Shown here: piece by piece, positions 45,054-56,689 of the stretch
Position numbering within the stretch: the first letter of the stretch is position 1
Layout of the letters: each line of letters opens with the position of its first letter
Source: Fonticula alba ATCC 38817
Taxonomy: Eukaryota; Protista; Nucleariida
Length of the DNA stretch: 64,000 bases
Direction: 5' to 3' (one strand)
NCBI GenBank assembly: GCA_000388065.2
Contig: KB932202.1
Position numbers and translations under genes: made by a program
The notes under the pieces: model-generated
Seen by the model: the letters and a program-made list of their open reading frames with translations, nothing else
Databases searched by the model: none
Told to the model about the DNA's origin: nothing

Positions 45054-48000
45054 TTCGCTCTCCCTCCCTCCCTCTCTCTCTCTCTCTCTCTTTCGCTCTC
45101 CCTCCCTCCCTCTCTCTCTCTCTCTCCCTCTCCCTCCCTCTCCCCCTCTCCCATGCACCCCCCTTGTGCGCACCTGCCTCTGTCCACTTATCCGATGTCT
45201 AACCTCTTTGTCGGCACACATGTACCAATAGGGCGAGTCGATTCGTGTGTTCGAGGTTGGCCAGGACCGCGCGACCATTTCCCTGGCGGCGGACCTCCGC
45301 ACCCAAGATCGCCCGCCGACAGCCATCGCGCTGATGCCCAAGTGGTCCTGTGACACGGGTGCTTGCGAGGTGGCCAAGATCCTCAAGCTTTGTAATGACA
45401 ACCTCGTGCAGACGGTTTCGATTCGCGTCCCCCGCAAGTCGGCGCCCAAGTACTTCCAGGTGCGTCTTCTCGCCCCCGCCTCTCCATCCAGCTGCTCGCA
45501 CTGATGCATCCTTCGTGCCCTCTCCCTCGCTCCCTGTGCCTCTCCGTGTCTCCCTTTCGCACTTCATCCCGCTATCGGCCAAACAAACACAGGATGACCT
45601 CTACCCTCCGATGATGGGCTCGGCCCCGGTGCAAACCGTGGCCGACTGGCAGGCCGGCTCCAATACGGCACCCATCTTCGTGTCCCTGCGCCCCCCTGGG
45701 GCCGTGTCGGTCTTCGACGCCCCCCGGTCCGAGGGCGGCCTCGCGCGTCCCGGGCACATCGACACCGGCGTCGGTCGAGGCATCGGCCCGAACTCCGGCC
45801 CAGGGACCGCCGGCGGTCCGGCCACTGCTCCGGCCTTCAGCTCCCTGGATGATGAGCTCTACACCGCCCTGACCGGAAAGATGGATGTCCAGATCGCCGG
45901 TGCGGCGGGGGTTGCTCCCACCGGGGCCACTACCCCGGCAGTGGCAGCGGCGACAGCGCCGGCCCCGGCGCCCACCCCGGACCCGGGCGCGCAGCGTGGT
46001 TTGCTGGCGTCCATTTTCGGGTGGGGTGCGGCGCCGGCCGCGGCACCGGCGCCTTCCGCCTCCCCGGCCGGCCGGCCGCCCGTCCCGCCGACGACGGCCA
46101 CCGCGGTCGAGCCCTGTGAGATCCCGGCCGTCGAGCAGTTTGTCCTGTCGCTGGTGGGCTTCCGGCTGGTGTTTGCCGAGCCGCTGAGCGAGGAGGACGC
46201 GCGACTGATGGCCGATGCTGGTGGCACGGGAGCCCTGTCCACCGGGGCGATCGCCCTGCCGGATGTTTGCCGCGTGCGCCTGGGCTCCTTCCTGCCTGGC
46301 CATCCAGGCCCGGGCCCGACATTCGCCGGCCGGGATCGCCCGACCGCCGGCGAGACCTTCCCCGTCACGGTGGAGGCCGTGGTCGGTGGTGCCGTTGGCA
46401 ATGGGGCCGGTTCGGCCGCCGCCCACGCCGTGTATATCCTCCACCCGGAAAGCCTGGAGCGGCGGGATCGCATTGTTCGGGCACTGGAAATGCTGACCGG
46501 TCTCAAGGCCGAGGAGCCTCCTCCGGCCACCAATGCCGGCAGTCACGGCCGGTCGGAGTCCGCCAACTCCGGGGTGTCGTTCGTCGATGCGGCCGCAGAC
46601 GAGGCGGATCTGGCAGTCAAGTCCAAGGCCCGCGAGGTGGCCCTCTCGCAGGGGGGCGCGTCTGCTGGAAAGCGCGCTTCCCGGCCGCCGACGCTCTTCA
46701 TTTCGGCCATCGAGCCGACGGCCACCGTGGTGCCGATGTCGGCCACCGAGTCGAAGGCCCCGACATTGGTGATCCCCACCCCGGCGCCTGGGTCGTCAAC
46801 CGGGGCCACGACGCCTGGTGGCCTGGCCGCCCTGGCTGCCACTGAGCTGCCCACCCTGCTGACCGGGCAGGCGGAGCTCATGCTGGCCGAAACCGGCGGC
46901 CCGTCACTCACCGACCATGGGGACCATTCCAGCGCGGCCGACATCGGCAAGGGGGCCTTTGGTCACGCACCGGCCGGGGGCACTCCCGCCGCCGCCAGCA
47001 CCAGCTCCTTCGGTGGCGGACTGCTGGCGTGGTTTGGCTTCGGCGGGGCGTCGGCCGCGCCGAGTGCCGCCTCCTCCGGCGCGGCGTCCGCTTCCGGTGC
47101 CTCTGCTCGGCGTAAGAACCAGACCCTGGATGGACCGCTGTTCTCGGCCCGGCACTTGATTCTCCAGCCGGGTGTGCTGAGCCTCTTCACGGCCGATTCG
47201 GAGGATGGCGCGTCGAGCACCACCAGGGTGAGCGGCGTGCCGGCTGAAACTTTGCGCCTGCACCTGGTCACGTCCATTCGGCTGATCGACTTGGAGGCCA
47301 GTTTCGAGGGTCTCCCCCCCCGGGCCACCCTGCTCAATTCTTCGGCCTCCGAGTTGGATCTGCTGGACCCGGTCCTGGCCGAGGCCGAGGAGGATCTGGA
47401 ACTGATGGAGGAGGAGCCCGGCGCCTTCAAGATCAACACCCCTCTTCGGTCATTGGTCTTCCGTACTCACTCGCAGGAGGATGGTGCGGCCCTCGTCTGT
47501 GGGAGGTCTTGGGATGTCCTCTCCCTCGCCCTCCTCTCCTCGCTGGTCGATCGCTGACGATCGATTCCTGACATTGCGCCTCCCCCTTCTATTTGCCTGC
47601 CTGTCCACTTTTTCTCTCTGTCCCCCCCCCCTGTCCTCCTTCTTCTATAGCCTTCCGGTGGACAATTGCCCTGCAGCGTGTCGCCTCCTTTGAGATCATG
47701 GCCTATCGCAAGGCCTTGGCGCTCAAGCATTCCGATGGAGCGGTCGAGCCCGCCTCGGAGACCAGCGCCGAGGATGAGGAAGAGCAATTGGCCGAGCTGT
47801 TTGCCATGCCGGTTGAGGGTATGGCCTCGGTGCACCATGGGTCATGCTGTGATTTGTCCGCCTGTCAGTCTGTCTAACCCCGTGTTCCTCCTTGTTCTGC
47901 GCGCCGTCTCCTTCCCTCCGAAAAAAAAAAGGCTACCTTCTGTTCTTGAGCAGTGGCGGTGCCAAGGTGTACCTGGAGGTCATCCAGGGGATGTACTACC

Positions 48001-51000
48001 TGTCGAGCAGCCACCTCAACCGGCGGTCGTTCATGGTGCTGGACGGTGCGCGAGTTGAGCGCATCGGCCGCCACACCGGCGGCGGGTCCTCAACCGTCAA
48101 GCCGGACTGCATCTTCGAGGTGGTCTTCGGTTCTGGGGCCATCATCCGTGGTGATCGCAAGGGCTCGACCGAGAAGACCACCCTGCGTTTCGGCACGCGC
48201 AACTCCATCATCTGCAACTGGTGGATCCGCAAGCTGACCCGGTATGCGCTTCCCTGTGCCTTTGTGTCATTTCCTCATGGCTCTTTCTCTTGCCTTGTGC
48301 TTTCGCACGTCCCGCTTNNNNNNNNNNNNNNNNNNNNNNNNNNNNNNNNNNNNNNNNNNNNNNNNNNNNNNNNNNNNNNNNNNNNNNNNNNNNNNNNNNN
48401 NNNNNNNNNNNNNNNNNNNNNNNNNNNNNNNNNNNNNNNNNNNNNNNNNNNNNNNNNNNNNNNNNNNNNNNNNNNNNNNCCCCCCCCCCCTCCCTTCTCG
48501 CCCTGCCGCTGCAACTCTTTTCTCTGCGTCTCTCCCTTTTTTTTTTTCTCACCGTCCACCTGCCTCCTTGTGCGTGCGCCTGTTTGGTTGTCTTGGTCAC
48601 TTTGCGCGCCCCGATCAGATCAAGAATGGCAAGGCCCATATGCTGCTGTTGATCACCCCGAGCCGGCATCGCCCTGCGATGCAGGTTCCCCTGAAGGAGG
48701 ATTTCATTTTCGGCGACTGCTCCTACGTGCTGGATGCCGGTGCGTTTCCCCATCCACGGCCCTTCCTTCGCCTCTCCCCCTGCCTCCTTCTGTGATGTTA
48801 CTCCACCCGGCGGTTTGCATTATTTTCTCACCTCCCCATGTGCTGCCTTCTCTGCCTGGTTCCCTCCCACCGACCCCCATCATCATCTAGGTGCCCTGAT
48901 TTATTGCTTCCACGGGACGGCCACCACCCGTGTTACATCGGCCAAGGCCGCCGACCTTGCCAACCGGATCCGTGTCCGCGATCGCATGGGATCCGCTCGT
49001 GTGGTCTATGTGAATGATGAGCAGTGCGCCTTTCACCAACTTGCCCCGTTGACAGTGTGCTTTTTTTGCCCTTCCCACGGTCTGACCCCCCCCCCCCCTC
49101 TCTCCCTCTCTCTCCTTCTCTCGTTCCCATCCCTCGTTCTGTCCTTTGTTGCGACCTGCCAGGAGTGCTGCTTTGCCCTTCAGCCGGCTGCTCGGCTCCA
49201 CCATGTCCAAATTGCTGGCCATCAAGACGCCAGTTCCCCAAAGCGTTGAGAGCCTGGTGCGTGCACATGGCCTTGCCACATTGCCCTGTATACGTTTCTG
49301 TGTCATGTCGCCTGGCCGCCATGCAACTGACTCAATCGTGTCGACCGTTAGTTTGGCGGCACTCGGATTTACCGCGTGTCCTCCTCGGCCAACCCGAAGA
49401 GCCGGATCCGCATCATTCACGAGGAGCCCGAGGATGCGGCCCGGCCCTCGAACAAGGTCCGTCTCTTCGCCCTTCTGCCTGGGTATTTCCTCCTCTCCCT
49501 CCTCCCTCTCCCTTTGTCTACGCCCGCCCGCCCCCCCTCTCTCTCTCTCTCTCTCTCTCCTCGGCCCCTCTCCTGACACCTTCCGCTTCGCTGAACGCCC
49601 TTTGCACAGCTTCTCAGCAGCAACTTTGCCTATGTCATCGATCTCTGCACGGAGCTCTACGTCTGGACGGGCAGCTCGTCTTCCGGTGGAACCCGGCGCC
49701 TGGCCAGTTGCCTGGCGGCCCAGCTGTCCACCCGGGCCTACGCCCCGATGGCCGCCATCGAGGCGGCTGGCGATGCCGGTGGCACGGTGCAGCTGGTCCC
49801 GCGTGTCCCCTGGGCCAGTATCACGAAGCTCTTTGAGAATACCGAAACCAGCGTGTTCAAGGACCACTTCGAGGGCTTCCCTGGCTCGCTGATGATCAGC
49901 GTCGGCCCGGCCGAGATCGCTGGTGCGCAGAGCCCTGTGTCGAATGTTCACACAGCCCTTTGCTGTCTATGTGGCCCCAAACTTACCTCTATTTTTCCCC
50001 ATCTCCATTCATCTCTCCCTTTCTCTCTGTCACCCCTTCTCCCCCCTGCTAGCTGGGAACATTGCGCAGGCGATCGAGCAGCCGGAGATCAAGATCCCCG
50101 AGCTCTACGAGGCGGTGCGTCCCCCTCCCCGCGGCCGGCCGCGCATTGCAGTCGAAATATGTCCCTTTCTCGCACTGGCCCCCTCCGCCATTCGATCTGC
50201 TCTCTGGCTAACACATGTCATGGCGATTGCCCGCATTGCCTCGTAGCTCCATCGCGTGCCCAAGGAGCCCTCCGCTCCAGATGGTCTCTATGCGCCGGAC
50301 GAGTGCGACATCCGTGTGGAGCGCATCGTCGCCAAGCGCCAGGGGTCTGGCGCCATTCAGTACCTGCGGATGCCCTACCCGCGGGAGCTCTACGGACAGT
50401 TCTTCGCTGAGGAGAGGTACACTCCAGCCATAGTGCCGCCATTCTTTCCTCTCTCTCTCTCTCCCTCTCTCCCTCTCTCCCTCTCTCCCTCTCTCNNNNN
50501 NNNNNNNNNNNNNNNNNNNNNNNNNNNNNNNNNNNNNNNNNNNNNNNNNNNNNNNNNNNNNNNNNNNNNNNNNNNNNNNNNNNNNNNNNNNNNNNNNNNN
50601 NNNNNNNNNNNNNNNNNNNNNNNNNNNNNNNNNNNNNNNNNNNNNNNNNNNNNNNNNNNNNNNNNNNNNNNNNNNNNNNNNNNNNNNNNNNNNNNNNNNN
50701 NNNNNNNNNNNNNNNNNNNNNNNNNNNNNNNNNNNNNNNNNNNNNNNNNNNNNNNNNNNNNNNCCCCTGCGTCAATTGGAGAGCTGGTTTCTGATCTGTC
50801 CCCCCTTTCGCGCCAAACAGCTATGTCATCACTTTCTCGTACCGGGTGCGTGCGGCTCGCCGGTGCATCGTATACTTCTACCAATGTGCCCGGGCCCCCA
50901 TTATGGACCGTGGTGCCGCGGCTGTTGAGACAATCAACGTATCGGAAGTGCTGTCCGGAGCCGGGGCCGAGGGCGCCGGGCCGGATACGCCCAAGACCCC

Positions 51001-51230
51001 GGTTGCTGATGCGCCGGAGTCTTTTGCCGAGGTGCTGCAGTTCCGTGTGACGCAGGGCCGCGAGCCGGGGCACTTCATCAACCTCTTCGGAAAGGGTGCG
51101 CGTGTCTTCCTTTTTTTTTTTCTTTACCCCTTCCCCTGGCTTGGTCTAGTGGTCTGCCTGCAGCCCCTCCTGCCACCCCGGCACCGAAGATAACCAACCT
51201 GTGAGCCCTTCGCCGGCACTTACCCTGCGC

Positions 51231-51264
<34 letters not shown>

Positions 51265-53129
51265 TGCCGACAGCCATTGTCGTGCACCTGGGGAAGTTCT
51301 CGCAGATCGGCTCGTCCGAAGAGAAGGACATTATCTCCCACCCGCGGGTGTATGAGGTTCGCCAGTCCTCCGTAGGTCACTATGTCCGAGTCTTCGAGGT
51401 CGACACCACCGGTTCGTGCTCCCCCCCCCCCCTCCCGTCTCTTCGGCCAGCCCAGCATGCGCCGCGGTTTGCTGGGCTCTCTATCTCTGTTGCTCGCATT
51501 CTCACTCACACTCTCTCCCCCTTCTCCTGCTCCTCCTGCTCTTCTGCCCGTTGCTCGCGCCCTGGCGCCTGTTTGTCCATCCAAAGACTTCGCCTTCAGC
51601 CCGGACCATGCGATGCTCGTGCTGGAGCCGCGCCTGTCGGTCACGGCCAAGTGCAGCATTCTCTGCTGGTCCGGCGCGCGTCTGGGCAGCGTGGAGCAGC
51701 AGTTTATCGACTCGCTGCCTGGGCTCTCGGACAAGGTCCCACGTTTCGATCGCATTCAGCCGACTGCCGGCCAGCGCTTCAACTTCTTTGGGCTGGTGGA
51801 CTGGCGCTCGGTGGGCTCCGTATCCTGTTCGTGTCCCCTTGCGTGTTGGGTCTTTCGGTGAATGCTTCCCTCCTCTGCCGCTCCTCGCCCGCTGACGAAT
51901 GTTCCCTGCCGTCTTCCCCCCGCCCCCCCCCTCTCTCTCTCTCTCTCTCTCCCGGTTTCTGTGTCTCTTCCTCCTGGCGCCCTGCCGGCACTCAGACGAG
52001 CTGGTCACCTCTTCGACCCTCGCGCGCAAGGTCGCGCGGCTGGAGATCCCCGAGCGTGCGGTGTCCAGCGGCAAGGAGCGCCTGGCTCGGACCCGGCGGC
52101 ATCTGTTGCTGGTGTCCAATGCTTCGGGTGTGGTGACTGTGGAGCCGGTGACTCCGGCGCCGGTGGATGCCATCGCCTCGGCGTCCTCGCTTGGAGGCAG
52201 CATCCGGTCCATTGCCTCGAGCATCACCGACAGCGGACAGACCTTCATGCAGGATGACCTGGACACCAACCATGTGATGATCCTGCTGCTGGAGCATTAC
52301 CCGGGATCTGAGGCGTCCGGGCCGGGCGCCGCCGTGCCCCATGGCCCCGGGGCTGTGGTCCATGAGGCCTTTGTTTGGTGTGGGCTGAAGTCCAATGTCA
52401 CCGAGAAGCGCATGGCCATGGAGGTGGTCCGTGATTATGGGCGCTTTTCGCGCGATGCCACCAAATCCACCCTTCGCCCGGGGGCCGGGCTCTGGGTAAC
52501 CAGCGCCACGCGCGAGCCCCTGGCCTTCAAGCAGGCTTTCCACACTTGGACCGACGGGCATCCGGCCCTCACCGGGCAGGTTCTCTTCCAGGGTGCCCAT
52601 GCCAATGCGGCCATGCGGGCCGGCTCGGCGGCGGCCACCTCGCCGACCGCCGGCGGGCTCTCATCGCCCTCGCGTGATGGTCCGGCCACGGTACGCATTG
52701 CATGCTTGCCCTTCCGCGCGCGTGCAATCTGCATGGCTGGCCATGCGTCTGGCGTGTCCTTCCTGCTGCCGGCCCGCCTTCTGCCCCCTTCCCCATGGGT
52801 CGACTGACTTTGTCTTTCTCTCTCTCTCTCTCTCTCCCCCCTCTGCCTGTCTACCTCGTTCCCATGGCTCGCGCTAGGCTTCCATCCCTCTCCTGGAGGC
52901 CCTCGGTCGCTTCGAAGTGTCCACCTACTCGTACACCGTTCTGAAGATGGTGGCCGAAAACCCGAACTCCGCCGCGGCCAAGGCCCTCGAGGGCGTGGAC
53001 AAGACTCGCCTCGAGGAGTACCTCTCGGAGGAGGAGTTCGCCCAGGTGTTCGGCATGACGCGGTCCGACTTCGCCAAGATCCCCCGCTGGAAGCAGACCT
53101 CCCTCAAGAAGGAGAAGCGTCTGTTCTGA
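43250..53129 (+). CDS. Villidin-like (class-4 coronin) actin-binding protein: coronin WD40, about 3 PH-like domains, about 5 gelsolin repeats and a villin headpiece. It is multi-exon, with two gaps in probable introns.
   Basis: Coronin motifs [35 protein letters not shown] and DDLYP. PH-like segments lie at about 46100-46500, 47110-47700 and 47932-48240. Gelsolin motifs include [27 protein letters not shown] and [13 protein letters not shown]. The headpiece is [37 protein letters not shown]. Confidence 0.9.
44982..45150 (+). repeat. Compound (CT)n/(CCCT)n microsatellite in a villidin intron
   Basis: Long run of TC dinucleotides interrupted by CCCT. Similar shorter tracts occur throughout introns and intergenic DNA. 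Confidence 0.9.
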
Positions 53130-56100
53130 GTCTACAAAGTGGCGGCCCCTCTCCCTCGCCCTTCGGCGGAGCGCCAAGTGGCACACCTGGCTGCTGTACG
53201 CGTATCTCCCCCCCTCCCCCCTCCCCCTCCGGAAAGCGCGAGAGCGTCGCAAGCATGCTTTGGGCCCCTCTTTCGGTCTTTCTCTCTCTCCCTCTTCCCT
53301 CTTCTGGTTGTGGGAGCTGCGTTGTGCACGGCCAGGGAGGTGGTGCCCCTTGGGAAGGGGGTTTTGATAGGCACGGGGCATTCCACGGCCCTTTTGGCTC
53401 TCCTCCTCCTCCCCCTCGCCGGGTTGGAGCCAGAGGCGATGCTATGGCATGCCACCTCGCCACCCCTTTCCCTCCCCCACCCAGGGCACGGGATGAGGGG
53501 AATCGCCGCAGAGGCTCCCCCGCCCCCCCCCCCCCCGTAAATAGAGCACATGGGCTCGACAAATACACAAATATGTCTTGTGCTGCTTTTGCCCCCACAT
53601 CCATCCGCCTGCGCCCCTGTTTCCCCTCCTCCGCTGTTTCCCATCCATATCCCATGGAAATGGCCATGCCTTGGGGAGGGGGGGGGGGATGGTTTGGTCC
53701 TTCGGCGCTTTTTGGCCGCAAGACGAGCCCTGTGTCGGCGGAGAGGGCGGGGGGGGGGGCGAACGGAGGCGCCGGGGGAGTATCACGCTCCCGTCGCGCA
53801 TGTGCTTACAGAACTTGATTCTTGAGCGTGCGCGGTCCACCGGGGGGAATGCTGTTTGGAGGGTAATTTCCGCTACGGAAACTCACCCCACGATTTTCGC
53901 CCTTTTCATTTCCCGGGTCGGCCCGCCCTCGAGCCGTGTCTGTAGCCGAGCCCGGAAGGGGGGGCGGACGGAAAGGAGTCGGGATTAACTGGCCAGGCGC
54001 CCGCTTCCGGCGCCCCACACAAGACCCACCGGACGCGGGGGCCGGTAGACGAGCAGGCGGAAGGTCGGCAGCTCCCAGCCGCCGCCCCGCTAGGCCGGCC
54101 GGCCGGCCCCTCATTTTCTCGAGGTTGAGGGGGGGGGGGAGAAACGGGGGGGGGGGGGGCGGGGGGGGGGGGGGGAGCAGGCCCCCGCGCAGGCAGTCAT
54201 GCGTACCATCCTCCTCCTCGCCCAGCTGAAGATGCTCGCCCTGGCGCCAAAGGGAAAAGGCCAAGGTTGACCTCGAACACGGTGCGGAGGAGCCCGTAGT
54301 TGGAGGCGTTGGACCGGCCGATGTCGGTCTCCAGCAGGTGGGGGGGCAGAGACGGAGAGGGTGGCAGGAAAGCACGCCCCGGGGTGGTTCCCCCCCATGC
54401 ATGTCGGCCGCGCGCTGCCGGGGGCCCCCGGGTATGGGGCGGCCACGGCGTGGGCGAGGCCCGGGCGGGCACCTCGCCTGTCGGGGGGGAAGGGGGGGGG
54501 ACGCCCAAAGGCGTTCGAGAGGTACCAACGCAGCGATGGGCTGGCCTTTCTCGAGCATGCGTGTGGGCGTGTCTTTTTTTTTATTCCATGTTAACAGGTT
54601 TCCGCATCTTCTTGTCCCTCGCCGCCGGCAGGTCTGGCAGGCGTTGGATCCCCCGGTCGCCCTCTGGACCGGCGGCTTGCGACTTGCGACTTGCGGCGTG
54701 CGGCGTGTGGCGACGACCGCATGGCGGCCGCTGCCGTGCGGCTGCCCCAGTGTGGTGACCCCGGCTTGACGGTCAGCCATCGACCGGGCCCGTTTCGGAA
54801 GGCGGGGAGGGCCGGGGGGGGGGGGGGGGGGGGCGGGCTGGGGGCCACGCCTGCAGGCCTCCGGAGGCCGCCTTGTCGCGGCCGCGCACATGGCTTGGCC
54901 CTTCTCTTGTACTTCTCTCGGTCTCTCTCCCCGGAGTGGGGGGTGGGTGTGTGTCTGTGTGTGCATGTGGGGGGCTGGGTGGACGTGTCTGGGGCTGCGT
55001 CCGTCCCTGTGTGGCGCATGAGCCCGGTCACGGCCGGGGACTTGCGACCCTCCTGGCGGCACCCCCGAGAACCATGCATGTGGCGCACACTGGTTCCCCC
55101 TCGGCCGCCCCTCAGTCAGGTGGCGGGGGGCGAGGGGCGCCGAAGAGGCGCACCACTGGCTGGCCGGTCTCCAATCAACAGTTTCCTGGGCTCTCTCTCT
55201 CTCTCCTGCGCTGGCGGGTTTCTTTCCGTCCCATGTTTCAGCGGTATTGCCCCTCCCTCAGACAGGGCTCTTGGCCTGGCGCCCCCTCCCCCCCATGCCA
55301 CTCGCCTGGTCGCTCGGGTCGGTCTGCTTTCGGGGGGGGGGGGGAGGAGGGCAGGCTCGGATCGGTGTTCGGTCAGGAGTCCGCGTTCTCCCCCCCGCCG
55401 CGTTCCTCTCTTCCGCCCGGGCGCCTTCTCCCACGCCGGGTCGTGGCATTTTCCGAAATAAATAATCCACCAGACGGAGCCAGGCCGCTGCCCAGCCTGC
55501 CGGGTTCCGGCCTGTAGGATGCCATGCCAGCGCCGGTTTAACTCCAATGCTGGGGGCGTGGGGGGGGGGAGAGGGGGGCTGTGCCCCGATCTACCGCGGA
55601 ATCCCGGTGCCCCGGGCCTCGGACGTCCGGCTCGTTGTGCCCCGGGCCGGGAGAAGTCCCGGGCCCATTGTGGGCCGGGCGAGCGCGGCCGTTCCTCCGC
55701 ACGAGCAGCCGCGTCCGGTGCTCATTTAAAGTTCATCTCCAGAGCGCGGGGCACCGACCCGCGGCCAGACCCTCGGGATGGGGGGCCGCTGTGTGAGCGC
55801 AACCAGGCCGTTTCGCCGCACAGCCCTCGGCTTCGGGGCCCTTCCCCCCCCCCCCCCCCCCCCCCCCACGTCTGAACTCCAGTCACCTTGGCCCCCCGTA
55901 TGCCGTCTTCTGCCTGTGTGCCCCCAAGGGGCCGCGGTGGGGGCGTCTCCTTCTCTCTCTCGAAGGCGCCCCATGCCGGCGCCGAGAGACGCGCAATGGG
56001 CCCCNNNNNNNNNNNNNNNNNNNNNNNNNNNNNNNNNNNNNNNNNNNNNNNNNNNNNNNNNNNNNNNNNNNNNNNNNNNNNNNNNNNNNNNNNNNNNNNN

Positions 56101-56649
56101 NNNNNNNNNNCGCAAGCGCGCCCGTGGTCCCCTTCCAGAGCGTCCGGGCGCGCGGGCGACCGCCTGTCGAACGGATCAGGCCGAGAAACCGGAGCCGCGG
56201 GACCCCCCCCCGCGGCGCCCCCCCCCCCCCCCCCCCCCTCCGCCCCCCCGCCCGGTGTCTTGCCAGCGGACTACCTGCCCCGGGGACCGAGGCCGAGCAA
56301 GGTCTGCCCGGAGCGGCCGTCCGGCGAGCGTGGGCCGGCCTCCGGGTCGGCGGCCCCACGAGCACGTCCCCGCTTCCAGGCTCGCTGGGCCGCCCTGAAA
56401 CCGCGCCGATGGCCTCCGCGCTGCGTGGGCGATTGGCGGACCCAACGTACCTTCGCCCCTGCTCTATCCAAGTCCGACCGGCACGCCGTCCCGGCTCTGA
56501 CCCCCCTCCACCAACCGCCCATGACTCATGGGCAGATTCGTTGCCGAGCGTACTCACGCTCGGGCCAAGGGGGGTTCGGTGGACGGAGGGACAAGGCCGC
56601 GTGCCCTCGACCGCCAGCCTGCCGGGGCCCCTTTATACTCGTGGGTTCC

Positions 56650-56689
<40 letters not shown>

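Noticed and set aside
45572-47439. Long antisense or alternate-frame ORFs overlapping real genes (also opposite the Myb, Sac, NVL and RasGEF genes)
   Set aside because: These are shadow ORFs caused by high GC and stop-codon scarcity, with no domain motifs.
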